This document shows positions 1-9,573 of a stretch of DNA of 64,000 nt, in pieces; the stretch's first letter is position 1, and every line of letters starts with the position of its first letter. The position numbers were made by a program, and so were the translations under genes. This DNA is from Alphaproteobacteria bacterium (GTDB taxonomy: Bacteria; Pseudomonadota; Alphaproteobacteria; SP197): positions 2,568,021-2,632,020 of the forward strand of contig OZ251464.1 in assembly GCA_965242595.1 (NCBI GenBank), in the 5' to 3' direction. Under the pieces are notes generated by a model. That model made no database searches and was not told the DNA's origin. It worked only from the letters and a program-made list of their open reading frames with translations.

Positions 1-949
1 CGGATATATCTACGGATTTCGGGTCGATGCCTGCAAACCAACACCTCAACCAGTTGTCCGCTTCATAATTCACAACGTCCAGGAATGGCGGCGATGTGAC
101 CGTCAACGCCACCGTTTCGTCCTTAATATGCGTCGTCTTATCGGATTTTTCCGCCGAAAACAGCCATCGATCGACCTGCGGCCTGCCTTGCGACAGCAGG
201 ATGCGGGATTTCTTCTCGATGATGCCTGGAACGTCCCGCCGTGGCGGAATTCTTCCGTGTCGCTCGTTGATCTTCTGTTGCTGCTCGATCTCGACCGCCT
301 GGTTGGGTGGCATGGTGCGAACAGAGAAAAAACCGGAAGAATGTCCGGTCAATCGGTTGATGGCCACCATCCATATCCATTTATCGATGCTATCCAAGGC
401 ACCGTATGCGTGCCGCCGCAGCATCCAGGAGCGTAAGCCTTCGATTCTGGCCAGGGTTTCGGGATGATAGAAGGTAAGCAGATCTTCAAACTCTATGTCC
501 CTGAAATCGTCCCAGGGAATGTCGCGCAAACGAATACGAATATCGTTTATGCACGGCGCATCGATACGCGGCTCTGTCAAGAATTTGCACAGAGGGTTGA
601 TATCGTTGCCATAGGGAATTCTGCCTCGGATCGCCGCTTCGATAGGAGTCGTACCGCGACCCATGAAGGGATCGTACACGATATCGCTCTTGTCTGTAAG
701 GCGCTCGATGAAAAAGGCGGGAAGCTGCGGCTTGAAACAGGCACGATAGCTGATTTCATGGATGCGATGCGCCTGCCTTTGGCGGGACGTCCAGAATTCG
801 CCGATATAACAGGGAACACCATCGACATCCATTTTGGCCGTGCCGCGGCCCAGGCGATGAAGCTCTTCCAGGTCACAAACGAAATTCCTGCCACCGTGAA
901 CGCCTGCCGGTGAAGCATCGAACAGACCGCTTTGGGGAGCCAACCTCAT
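1..949 (-). CDS. DNA amino-methyltransferase (N6-adenine or N4-cytosine), C-terminal end cut by window edge
   Basis: My own minus-strand translation from the ATG at 949 stays open to position 2. It is absent from the ORF track because there is no stop in the window. It reads ..GVPCYIGEFWTSRQRQAHRIHEISYRACFKPQLPAFFIERLTDKSDIVYDPFMGRGTTPIEAAIRGRIPYGNDINPL.. (AdoMet motif I, FxGxG-like) and later ..ETVALTVTSPPFLDVVNYEADNW.. (catalytic motif IV, SPPF). The region is visibly AT-richer than pheA next door. Confidence 0.8.
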   Translation of the reverse strand, partial: MRLAPQSGLFDASPAGVHGGRNFVCDLEELHRLGRGTAKMDVDGVPCYIGEFWTSRQRQAHRIHEISYRACFKPQLPAFFIERLTDKSDIVYDPFMGRGTTPIEAAIRGRIPYGNDINPLCKFLTEPRIDAPCINDIRIRLRDIPWDDFRDIEFEDLLTFYHPETLARIEGLRSWMLRRHAYGALDSIDKWIWMVAINRLTGHSSGFFSVRTMPPNQAVEIEQQQKINERHGRIPPRRDVPGIIEKKSRILLSQGRPQVDRWLFSAEKSDKTTHIKDETVALTVTSPPFLDVVNYEADNWLRCWFAGIDPKSVDIS

Positions 950-1015
950 CGTCCTCCGCGCTCCGCTCCCATCGCATCCTGCCCCTTCGATCCTGCATCG
1001 CCTCGCGACAAGCCG

Positions 1016-1879
1016 TCAAACCTCACCGGCCCCGCCAGCAGCGGCCAGCGCCTCGGCGCGCCAGGGATGGGCCGGATAGGTGCCCAGGATGCGCAGCTCC
1101 TGGGCGTAGAAGGCGAGCTCCTCCAGCGCCAGGCGCAGCGGCCGCTCCTCCGGATGGCCTTCGGCATCGACATAAAAGCGGGCAGCGCTGAAGGTGCCGC
1201 CGATCATGTAGCTTTCCAGCTTGGTCAGGTTGACGCCATTGGTGGCAAAGCCACCCAGCGCCTTGTAAAGGGCGGCCGGGACAGAGCGCACGCGGAAGAT
1301 CATGCTGGTGATCAGCGGGCCGGAATCCGGCGCCGGCGTGGCGGGATCGCGCGACAGCACCAGAAAACGGGTGCGGTTGGCGGCATCGTCTTCCAGGCCG
1401 GCGACCAGGCTTTCCAGCCCGTAGATCTCGCCCGCCAGCGCCGAGGCGACCGCCCCCAGCGCCTTGTCGCCGTGCTGGGCGATGGCGCGGGCGGCCCCGG
1501 CCGTATCCTCATGGGTCACCGAACGCAGGCCCAGGGCGCGCAGGCGGGCGCGGCACTGGTCCAGCGCCTGGACATGGGAGTGGACCGTCTTCACCGTCTC
1601 CAGCGTGGCGCCCGGCACCGCCAGCAGATGGTGCCTGACGCGCTGGAAATGCTCGCCGACGATATGCAGCGAGGAATGAGGCATCAGCTGATGCACCCCC
1701 GCCACCCGCCCGGCCAGCGAGTTTTCGATCGGCAGCATGGCCAGTGCCGCGCGGCCCTCCGCCACCGCCTGGAAGACATCCTCGAAGGAATCGCGGGGCA
1801 AAGTCGCCATGCCGGGAAAGGCCTCCTGGCAGGCGAGATGGGAATAGGCGCCCGCCTTGCCCTGGAAGGTCACGGTCAC
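1016..1879 (-). CDS. pheA: prephenate dehydratase
   Basis: This is the C-terminal 287 codons of the 1016..2704 ORF: VTVTFQGKAGAYSHLACQEAFPG..LPIENSLAGRV..TRFLVL..ESRP-like ACT end. The GTG start at 1879 overlaps the kdsB stop (GTGA). The upstream part of the long ORF is an out-of-frame reading of kdsB. Confidence 0.85.
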   Translation of the reverse strand: MTVTFQGKAGAYSHLACQEAFPGMATLPRDSFEDVFQAVAEGRAALAMLPIENSLAGRVAGVHQLMPHSSLHIVGEHFQRVRHHLLAVPGATLETVKTVHSHVQALDQCRARLRALGLRSVTHEDTAGAARAIAQHGDKALGAVASALAGEIYGLESLVAGLEDDAANRTRFLVLSRDPATPAPDSGPLITSMIFRVRSVPAALYKALGGFATNGVNLTKLESYMIGGTFSAARFYVDAEGHPEERPLRLALEELAFYAQELRILGTYPAHPWRAEALAAAGGAGEV

Positions 1880-2622
1880 GATGGGCGCTCCGCTGCGGCC
1901 AGGGCGGTGCGGGCGCGGGCCAGGTCGGCGGGGGTATCCACCGCCAGCGGCGCGGCGGCGATGGGGGCGACGGCGATGGTCATGCCGGCCTCCAGGGCGC
2001 GCAGCTGCTCCAGGCTTTCGCGCCGTTCCAGCGGGCTGGGGGCAAGGGTGACGAAGCGTTCCAGCGCCTCGCGCCGCCAGGCATAAAGGCCGACATGGTG
2101 CCACAGCGGCCCTTCGCCCGCCGGCGCCGCGGCGCGGGTGAAATAGAGGGCGCGGCCCAAGGTGCCGGCGCCGTTCCAGGCCACCACCGCCTTCACCACG
2201 GCGGGATTGTGGCGGCAGGCCCGGTCGCGGCTTTCCGCCGCCAGAGTCGCCAGGTCGCAGCCGCTCGCGTCCAGGGCGGCCAGGACGGCGGTAAGCGAGG
2301 CGGGATCCAGGCCCGGCAGGTCGCCCTGAAGATTGACCGCCATTCGGTAACGTCGCGCGGGGTCGATGGCGGCCAGCGCGGCCGCGATGCGGTCTGTGCC
2401 GGAAGGCAGGGCGGGCGCGGTCGCCACCGCCTGGCCGCCGGCCCGGCGCACCGCCTGCGCGATGGCCTCGTCGCCAGCCGCCACCGCCACCGGCCCTATG
2501 GCAGCAGCCACGGCACGGCGCCAGACATGGACGATCATGGCTTCGCCAGCGATGGTGGCCAGCGGCTTGCCGGGCAGGCGCCGCGAGGCCATGCGGGCCG
2601 GTATCAGGACGATGGCGGACAT
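1876..2622 (-). CDS. kdsB: 3-deoxy-manno-octulosonate cytidylyltransferase (CMP-KDO synthetase)
   Basis: MSAIVLIPARMASRRLPGKPLATIAGEAMIVHVW.. is the typical KdsB N-terminus. The length of 248 aa fits. Confidence 0.85.
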   Translation of the reverse strand: MSAIVLIPARMASRRLPGKPLATIAGEAMIVHVWRRAVAAAIGPVAVAAGDEAIAQAVRRAGGQAVATAPALPSGTDRIAAALAAIDPARRYRMAVNLQGDLPGLDPASLTAVLAALDASGCDLATLAAESRDRACRHNPAVVKAVVAWNGAGTLGRALYFTRAAAPAGEGPLWHHVGLYAWRREALERFVTLAPSPLERRESLEQLRALEAGMTIAVAPIAAAPLAVDTPADLARARTALAAAERPS

Positions 2623-2796
2623 CGTCTTTTCCTAGCACGGATCGCGCGCCGTGGCAGGGCGGCCGCCAGGGACAAGGGCCTTTACAGACGCCCGGCAATG
2701 GCAATAGTGCGCGCCGCCCGCCGGCCGGCGGGCAGCCCGGGCACCGGCGGCCTGCGCGGCTGCCGCCCTTTCTGGAAACTGTCGAAGCGTTGGGGG

Positions 2797-3075
2797 ATGT
2801 CCATGCCGAAGGCCGAATGGGGCGCCAAGCATCTCTGTAGCTGCGGCGCCAAGTTCTACGATATGGGAAATTCTGTGGTGGTCTGCCCGAAATGCGGCAC
2901 CGTGCCAGACGATGGCAGGCGCGGGGCCAGACATGCCACCGAGGCCACTGGGGCGGAGAAGAACCACCTGGTGGCCGATACCGAAGCCGATGACGGGATC
3001 GAGGACGGCTTCACAGATGAAGACGACGATGGCGATGACACCGATGACAGCGCCCATGCCGTCGCCAGCGGCTGA
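2797..3075 (+). CDS. TIGR02300/FYDLN_acid family zinc-ribbon protein with acidic tail
   Basis: MSMPKAEWGAKHLCSCGAKFYDMGNSVVVCPKCGT.. has two CxxC pairs, followed by an Asp/Glu-rich tail (DEDDDGDDTDD). Only the last 92 codons of ORF 1744..3075 look real. Confidence 0.7.
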   Translation: MSMPKAEWGAKHLCSCGAKFYDMGNSVVVCPKCGTVPDDGRRGARHATEATGAEKNHLVADTEADDGIEDGFTDEDDDGDDTDDSAHAVASG

Positions 3076-3242
3076 CGCCCATGGCGGCGGCAGCTGGCCG
3101 GCAGAGCTTGCGTCCGGCCCGCGCCGCGCCTAGCTTTGGCACTTGCGCCCATCGCCGGGCGCAGGCAGTGGCGATTGCCGCGCTTCGCGGGAGCAGTTCG
3201 TTCGTGGCGACTGCCACGCTTCGTGGGAGTCGCTGGCGATCC

Positions 3243-3318
<76 letters not shown>

Positions 3319-3525
3319 CCTCGCCCGCCGGGTTGCCTGGCGGCGCGTTGACCTCGCCGGTCCGCAGAGGCCGCCTCCATCGCCACCTGTGGCTGCGCCC
3401 GGCAGGATGTGAACCGCCGCGCCCGTGAGGCGGCGGGCCCGGTGGCAGGGCAGGATGGCATCGTCTGCCCCCAGACAGCTTGCACCGGACATGGCGGCCC
3501 TGCGGCGGCGAGGTGGGGAACGGGG

Positions 3526-4737
3526 TTATCGGCGCAGGTCGTTGCGGGCGATCTCGCCCCCCTTCATGACGAAGCGCACATCGCGGCAGGCGGCGATATC
3601 GGCCAGGGGATCTGCGCCCAGGGCAACGATATCGGCCAGCTTGCCGGCCTCCAGCGACCCCAGTTCGGCCTCGCGGCCCAGCAGACGGGCCCCGCCCATG
3701 GTGGCGGCGGCGATGGCCGCCTGCGGTGTCAGGCCGGCGCCTGTCACCATGCGCACGATCTCCTGGGTGTTGTCGCCGTGGTGGTTGCCGGGGGTGCCGG
3801 CATCGGTTCCCATGGCCAGGGGCACGCCCAGGCGGGCGGCCAGGGCGACGTTTTTCAGGCGGGTTTTTTCGATGGCGAAATAGCGTTCGCGGATATGGGG
3901 CAGCAGGCCGGCCAAGGCGCGCCGATCGGCCCTCAGGGCCGAATGCACGCACAGCGTCGGCACCAGGAAGGTGCCTTTTTCCACCATCAGGGCGTAGGCT
4001 TCCTCGTCGCCATAGCTGCCATGCTCGATGCTGCGGCAGCCGGCCAGGGTGGCGTTGCGAATGCCCTGGCAGGCATGGGCGTGGGCGGCGCAATGCTTGA
4101 AGTTTTCCCGGGCGATGGCGACGGCGGCCGCCAGTTCGTCGGGCTGATACTGGATGGCGCGGGCATCTTCGTATTCGGTGGAGGTGACGGCCCCGGTCGC
4201 CATCACCTTGATGAGGTCGGCGCCCATGGCGAGCTGCTTGCGGGCCTTGGCGCGCACCTGGTCCGGCCCGTCGGCGGTGTCGTACATGCCGGAATAATAG
4301 ACGGTGGTGGAGGTGGTGATGGAAAGCAGCCGCCCGGCACAGAACAGGCGCGGCCCTTGCAGCTGGCCGCGCTGGATGAGGTTGCGGACCGCGATCTCGT
4401 GATAATCCCAGCCGCCCACATCGCGGGCCGTGGTGATGCCGCCCATCAGCGTGCGCCTGGCCGCCTGGGCGGCATAGATGGCGATTTCGCCGGGCAGGCG
4501 CCCGCGCCAGGGCGCATCGGGATTACCATCCTCGGTGGGCATGCAGAGATGGACATGACAATCGATGAAGCCCGGCAGCAGGAAAGCGCCCGCCATATCG
4601 ATGGCGCTGTCGCCCGCCGCCGGACGCCCGCCAGCGGCTATGGCGGCGATACGCCCGCCTTCGATGCGGATATCGCCGGCGGCAAAGCGGCCCGCCGCCA
4701 CATCGTAGAGCCTGCCGCCCCGCAGCCAGACCGCCAT
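3526..4737 (-). CDS. amidohydrolase family protein (metal-dependent hydrolase, imidazolonepropionase/Xaa-Pro dipeptidase-like)
   Basis: MAVWLRGGRLYDV..IRIEGGRIAAI..AFLLPGFIDCHVHL.. (HxH metal motif) ..MGTDAGT..ADIVAL. The start is placed at the Met preceding the conserved N-terminus; the ORF itself is open to 4806. Confidence 0.8.
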   Translation of the reverse strand: MAVWLRGGRLYDVAAGRFAAGDIRIEGGRIAAIAAGGRPAAGDSAIDMAGAFLLPGFIDCHVHLCMPTEDGNPDAPWRGRLPGEIAIYAAQAARRTLMGGITTARDVGGWDYHEIAVRNLIQRGQLQGPRLFCAGRLLSITTSTTVYYSGMYDTADGPDQVRAKARKQLAMGADLIKVMATGAVTSTEYEDARAIQYQPDELAAAVAIARENFKHCAAHAHACQGIRNATLAGCRSIEHGSYGDEEAYALMVEKGTFLVPTLCVHSALRADRRALAGLLPHIRERYFAIEKTRLKNVALAARLGVPLAMGTDAGTPGNHHGDNTQEIVRMVTGAGLTPQAAIAAATMGGARLLGREAELGSLEAGKLADIVALGADPLADIAACRDVRFVMKGGEIARNDLRR

Positions 4738-4990
4738 CGCCACCTCCCCCTGCCTGGGCGCCATGCTAGCGCGTAGCGGCGCGCAGGGCGAGTGCTGCGA
4801 CGACATTCATGGCCCACAGAACGAAGCGAAGCCGGACCCTGCCAGCAGGCTTGCCATGGGCCGCCTTCGACTATCTCCGCCAGGGCCATCTGCCAGCGCC
4901 GGTTGCCACCCCCGCCTTTCCCTGGATTCTCCCTGACTCCCCGGCTGCGCCGCTCCCCCCTTCCGCCGGCGGCGCGGGGTGCGGATCGTG

Positions 4991-5422
4991 TCAGCTCTGC
5001 GCTCCGGCCCAATCCGCCAGCACCGCCACCGTGGCACCATGCCCGGTTGCCGCCAGCGCCTGCGCAAAGCGGATATCCGCCGTTACCAACTGGGCGCCGA
5101 TACGGTGTGCCAGCGCCAGATAGACACAATCATATACCGGCCGGTCGAGCGCCAGCGCGAGACGAACCGCGTCCGCCCCCACCTCTTCGTCCGCGCTCCA
5201 GCGAACCGGCATTTCCGACACTACGGCCATCGATGCGCCGACCTGGCTGCGTTCGATCTCGCCCGATCGGGCCTTGCGCCAGAGCGCGTTGGCGACCTCG
5301 GAGACCATCAGGTGTGGCGCGTGCAGATCGTCATCGCCGGCCAGTAAGCGTGCCGCCGCATCCGAACCCTCTTCCTCTACCAGCCATTTGACCGCCACGC
5401 TGGCGTCGATCACCAGCCTCAT
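4991..5422 (-). CDS. vapC: type II toxin, PIN-domain ribonuclease VapC
   Basis: MRLVIDASVAVKWLVEEEGSDAA..LHAPHLMVSEVANAL..YDCVYLALA..LVTAD shows the PIN acidic residues in the usual positions. Its ATG overlaps the stop of the upstream antitoxin (ATGA). Confidence 0.8.
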   Translation of the reverse strand: MRLVIDASVAVKWLVEEEGSDAAARLLAGDDDLHAPHLMVSEVANALWRKARSGEIERSQVGASMAVVSEMPVRWSADEEVGADAVRLALALDRPVYDCVYLALAHRIGAQLVTADIRFAQALAATGHGATVAVLADWAGAQS

Positions 5423-5673
5423 CGCAGGGCGCGATACCAGCGGTCTTCCCGGATCAGAACCTCCGCAGGCGTCTGCGCACGGCCTTTGTTCTGGCGCCGC
5501 AGGCGCGCGGCCAGCACCTGGAAGGCGGCGCGCTTCGCTGCCGAGCAGTCTTCCGCCGCGCTTTCGAGAATGTGCCGCGCTTCCCCTTCCAGGGAGCGGT
5601 TGTTGGTTCCCGCGCGCCGCTTCAGACGACGAACCACACCGTCGTCCAGCCGCCGTACATTGATCGTTGCCAT
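5419..5673 (-). CDS. type II antitoxin, FitA/StbC-like ribbon-helix-helix (Arc/MetJ family)
   Basis: MATINVRRLDDGVVRRLKRRAGTNNRSLEGEARHILE is the classic FitA-like RHH N-terminus. The gene is about 84 aa and is translationally coupled to vapC. Confidence 0.75.
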   Translation of the reverse strand: MATINVRRLDDGVVRRLKRRAGTNNRSLEGEARHILESAAEDCSAAKRAAFQVLAARLRRQNKGRAQTPAEVLIREDRWYRALR

Positions 5674-5807
5674 CCTGTCGCCTCCTGCCATCTGCTATCG
5701 ATTCGCTATCATAGCACACAGCGCCGCGCAACGGGCAGGCGGGCTGGGGTTAAAGGAAAGGGGCGGCCCTGTTGGGCCGCCCCTGGTGTTGGCAAGGCTG
5801 GGTTCGG

Positions 5808-6812
5808 TCAGAAGTTGACGATCAGCGATGTGCCGACGAAGGTGGTCTCGTCGTTGTCCGCCTCCGGCTGGTCGATGCCGATGGCGCTGTTCACCGAGAC
5901 GCCTGCGCCCAGATCGTAGGCGAGCTGCAGGCGGTAGAGGTCGGCGTTCATGTCCTGGGAGATCCAGCTCACGCCCAGGGTCATGGGGCCGTCGGAGTAG
6001 GTGGCGCCGATATCGTAGGTCGGCTCCGGATCGACCCCCATGTCCTTGTCCATGTCGTAATAGGAGCCGCCGACGCCGAAGCTGCCCATGCTGAGCGACA
6101 GGCCGACATTCATGCCGTCGGTGTCGTCGTCGTGCTGGGTCCAGCCCGCAGCGGCCGCGATGCCCATGTCCATGCCCATGCTGCCGTCGTAGCGGATGCC
6201 GACGGAAAGCTCGTTGCTTTCGCCGTCGATCGCCCGCTGGTAGGCGGTGTTGCCGTTGCCGGTACCGGCACCGGCCTGGCCGCCGTCGTCGCCTTCCGGC
6301 GAGTAGGAGACGGCCATGCTGAGGCCCCCCAGCGCCGGCGTGAAGTAGATCAGCTTGGCGTTGTCGGCATCGGCCGGGAAGGTGGTCAGATAGGCGCCCG
6401 ACGGCGAGAAGTAGGGCGAGTTGCCGTTGAAGATGTAATCGGGATAGGGCGCGGCGGTGGCAAGCTGGATGGCCGCCGGATCGTCGTTGCCCACCCGCAG
6501 GGTGCCGAACGAACCCGAGACATAGGCCCAGGACTCGTCGATCTGGTCGCCCGTGTGCTGCTCGCCTTCCAGCTCGATACGCACGCCCACTTCCAGGCCG
6601 TTGTCGAGCACGGTGGAACCCTTGAAGTGGACCTCGCTCTCGTGGCGGATGGCGACATCGCCAGCGGCATCGGCATCGTAGTCGGCGAAGAAGCCCGCCC
6701 AATAGGAATAGCCGCCGATGCCCAGCGAGACCGGGTCGGCCGCTTTGGCGTCGCTGACGGCAAAGCCCGCCGCCACCAGCGCCGTGGTTCCGAGAAGAAC
6801 CTTCTTGTTCAT
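5808..6812 (-). CDS. outer-membrane porin (Gram-negative general porin family)
   Basis: It has a signal peptide MNKKVLLGTTALVAAGFAVSDAKA/AD, an alternating Gly/Tyr/Asp-rich beta-strand pattern and a C-terminal ..SLIVNF aromatic end. Confidence 0.8.
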   Translation of the reverse strand: MNKKVLLGTTALVAAGFAVSDAKAADPVSLGIGGYSYWAGFFADYDADAAGDVAIRHESEVHFKGSTVLDNGLEVGVRIELEGEQHTGDQIDESWAYVSGSFGTLRVGNDDPAAIQLATAAPYPDYIFNGNSPYFSPSGAYLTTFPADADNAKLIYFTPALGGLSMAVSYSPEGDDGGQAGAGTGNGNTAYQRAIDGESNELSVGIRYDGSMGMDMGIAAAAGWTQHDDDTDGMNVGLSLSMGSFGVGGSYYDMDKDMGVDPEPTYDIGATYSDGPMTLGVSWISQDMNADLYRLQLAYDLGAGVSVNSAIGIDQPEADNDETTFVGTSLIVNF

Positions 6813-7192
6813 GGGTCTTTACCCCTCTGTATTCGTCATGACGATCGGCTCCGGCTGGGGCCGATGCGCACCCATACCTGCCGCAGGGCGGCTGTGCAAA
6901 GGGGGCAGGCCAAGATTCCGCCACACTGTTGCACAACTGCAACAGTGGGCGCCGCCGGGCCGGGGCCAGCGCCGCAGCCGGGAGCGAGCGCGGGAGCGGA
7001 AGGCAGGCTTGCGCCTGGCCCCCGCCGCGCCCTGGCCCAGCTTTTCGCGGGCTGGGCCGGGTTGCGGACGGTGACGTGGATGGCGCCCATGCTCCCTTAT
7101 CCTTCCAGTGGCCGGGGTGCTTGCCCGTTCCTCCCTGGCACATTATCGAAGCGGCGCGCTATCGTAAGCACAGGCGGGCGGCGGGAGACCCC

Positions 7193-7342
7193 ATGGGCAA
7201 CATCCTCTGGCTGGCCAGCTATCCTAAATCCGGCAACACCTGGATGCGCGCCTTCCTGGCCCATCTGCTGCCAGACGCCCCCCACCCGCTGAACCCCAAC
7301 AAGCTGGATGCCGCCTTTTCCCAGGGTTTTCGAGGGAGAGAA
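7193..7342 (+). pseudogene. N-terminal remnant of a sulfotransferase
   Basis: MGNILWLASYPKSGNTWMRAFLAHLL carries the PAPS 5'-phosphosulfate-binding loop (PKSGTTW-like). The recognisable similarity stops after a few dozen codons, and the frame then reads straight through tRNA-Arg on the other strand. Confidence 0.5.
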
Positions 7343-7419
7343 CTGGCGCGCCCGGCAGGATTCGAACCTGCGACCCCAGGATTAGGAATCCTGTGCTCTA
7401 TCCGACTGAGCTACGGGCG
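7343..7419 (-). tRNA. tRNA-Arg (anticodon CCT)
   Basis: The reverse complement GCGCCCGTAGCTCAGTCGGATAGAGCACAGGATTCCTAATCCTGGGGTCGCAGGTTCGAATCCTGCCGGGCGCGCCA folds as a hand-drawn cloverleaf. The anticodon loop is TT-CCT-AA and the CCA is encoded. Confidence 0.9.
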
Positions 7420-7470
7420 CGCGTGCCCTGAGACTAGAGCATATCCGCCGCCCGGCCGCCATGGCGACGG

Positions 7471-9567
7471 CTAGGCCTGCGCCTGCCCTTCCTGCCTGAT
7501 GTTGAAGATGGGTTCGACCTGGCGCAGCTGGTCCAGCGGGATGTGGCATTTGATGACATGGCCCGTGCCCGCATCGCGGTCGGGCGGTTCTTCATCGTCG
7601 CACAGCTTGCCCAGATAGCGCGGGCAGCGGGTGGAAAAGCGGCAGCCCCGGGGCGGGTCCAGCACCGAGGGCATTTCGCCTTCCAGGCGGATGCGCTTCT
7701 GTTCGATATCCGGATCGGGGATCGGCACCGCCGAAAGCAGGGCCTCGGTATAGGGATGGTAGGGGGGGCTGAAGATGCGGTCGGTCGCGCCGGCCTCCAT
7801 GATCTGGCCCAGATACATGACCACGATTTCGTCGGAGATGAAGCGCACCACCGCCAGATCGTGGCTGATGAACAACAGCGTGGTATCGTAGCGTTTCTGC
7901 ACATCGTTCAGCAGATTGATCACCGCCGCCTGCACCGATACGTCCAGGGCCGAGACCGGCTCGTCGGCGATCACCGTCGAAGGGTTGCCGACGAAGGAAC
8001 GGGCGACGGCGATGCGCTGCTTCTGGCCTCCGGACAGCTGGCGCGGCTTGCGGGTGGCGAAGGCCTTGGGCAGGCGGACGATATCCAGCATGTCGCCTAC
8101 CCGCTGGCGCACCTTGGCGGAATCCTTCTCCAGACCGAATTTGCGCACCACACGCCCGATGCAATGGCCCACGGAATGGCTGGGGTTCAGGGTGCCATCC
8201 GGGTTCTGAAACACCATCTGCAAGGCGCGGATGAGCTTTGTGTCGCGCTTTTCCACCGGGATGGAGGCGATGTTGCGGCCTTCGAAGACGATCTCGCCTT
8301 CGGTGGCCGTCTCCAGGCCGGTCAACACCTTGGCGAAGGTGGATTTGCCGCAGCCGGACTCGCCCACGATGGCGACGGTGCGCCCGCGGCTGGCCCTGAA
8401 ATCCAGCCCTTCATTGGCCTTGACATAGTGCCGGGCGCCGCCCTGGAACAGGGCTTTCAGCGACATGTCGGAGATTTCGTAGAACTTGCTCATGCCGGCG
8501 ATGGCCAGCACCGTTTCGCCTTCGGAGGCATCGCTGCGGCTGTTGGCCGCCGACGGCACGTGGCGTAGTTCGGCGCTGCGCAAGCAGCGGCTGCGATGGG
8601 TGGCGCTTTCGCCCACCGGCGTTATGGCGATGTCGCCGGCATCGCAGCGCCCGGGCACGAAATATTTGCAGCGCGGCCCGAAGGCGCAGCCAGAAGGCCG
8701 TTCATGCGGCAGCGAAACCTGACCGGGAATGGGTTCCAGCCGGCGGGCGCGCTTGTCGGCCGAAAGGGTGGGGATGCAATCGAACAGGCCGAAGGTGTAG
8801 GGGTGTTTGCTGTCCTTGAAGACCTCGCCGATGGTGCCCTCTTCCACCATCATGCCCGAATACATGACGCCCACCCGGTCGCAGACCTTCACGATCAAAC
8901 CCAGATTGTGGCTGATATAGAGCAAGGTGGTGTTGAACTTTTCGCGCAGGGCGGCGATGAGGTCGATCACCGTCGCTTCCACCGTTACGTCCAGGGCGGT
9001 GGTAGGTTCGTCCAGCAACAGCAGCGATGGGTTGGAAAGCATCGCCATGGCGATCACCACCCGCTGTTGCTGGCCGCCGGAGACCTGGTGCGGATAGCGG
9101 CCCATGACCTTGTCGGGATCGGGCATGTTGACGTCGCGCAGCATCTGGATGCATCGCTCTGCCGCGTCCTTCTCGCCGATGCCTTCGTGGACGGTGAGCA
9201 CCTCCTTCAGCTGGGTGCCGACGGTGAGGCTGGGGTTCAGCGCACTCATCGGTTCCTGATAGACCATGGCGATGCGCGAGCCGCGCACATCCCGCAACTC
9301 GTCGGGCGACATGGCGGCCATGTCGCGGCCTTCGAAGCGGATGCTGCCCCTGACGATGCCGCCATTGCGGCCCAGATAGTTCATGATCGCCATGGCGACC
9401 GTGGTCTTGCCGCAGCCGGACTCGCCCACCAGCCCGTAGCTTTCGCCGCGCTTCAGCTTCAGCGAGAAATCGGGCACGGCCGGAATCTCGCCGATGCGGG
9501 TGAAATAGGAGATGCCGAGATCGGCGATCTCAAGGACGATATCGTCGCCCGCCGGTGCAGGGTTCAT
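7471..9567 (-). CDS. ABC transporter ATP-binding protein, two fused ATPase domains (Dpp/Opp D+F type)
   Basis: There are two Walker A sites (GESGCGKTT, GESGCGKST), two LSGGQ signatures (VSGGQQQR, LSGGQKQR) and two Walker B sites (LLLLDEPT, VIADEPV). Oligopeptide-type C-terminal extensions carry Cys residues. Confidence 0.9.
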   Translation of the reverse strand: MNPAPAGDDIVLEIADLGISYFTRIGEIPAVPDFSLKLKRGESYGLVGESGCGKTTVAMAIMNYLGRNGGIVRGSIRFEGRDMAAMSPDELRDVRGSRIAMVYQEPMSALNPSLTVGTQLKEVLTVHEGIGEKDAAERCIQMLRDVNMPDPDKVMGRYPHQVSGGQQQRVVIAMAMLSNPSLLLLDEPTTALDVTVEATVIDLIAALREKFNTTLLYISHNLGLIVKVCDRVGVMYSGMMVEEGTIGEVFKDSKHPYTFGLFDCIPTLSADKRARRLEPIPGQVSLPHERPSGCAFGPRCKYFVPGRCDAGDIAITPVGESATHRSRCLRSAELRHVPSAANSRSDASEGETVLAIAGMSKFYEISDMSLKALFQGGARHYVKANEGLDFRASRGRTVAIVGESGCGKSTFAKVLTGLETATEGEIVFEGRNIASIPVEKRDTKLIRALQMVFQNPDGTLNPSHSVGHCIGRVVRKFGLEKDSAKVRQRVGDMLDIVRLPKAFATRKPRQLSGGQKQRIAVARSFVGNPSTVIADEPVSALDVSVQAAVINLLNDVQKRYDTTLLFISHDLAVVRFISDEIVVMYLGQIMEAGATDRIFSPPYHPYTEALLSAVPIPDPDIEQKRIRLEGEMPSVLDPPRGCRFSTRCPRYLGKLCDDEEPPDRDAGTGHVIKCHIPLDQLRQVEPIFNIRQEGQAQA

Positions 9568-9573
9568 GGCCTC

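Noticed and set aside
1016-2704. 562-aa ORF suggesting a large fusion protein upstream of pheA.
   Set aside because: Only the last 287 codons resemble prephenate dehydratase. The N-terminal part is an alternative-frame reading of kdsB (1876..2622), which has its own convincing translation and a GTGA start/stop overlap.
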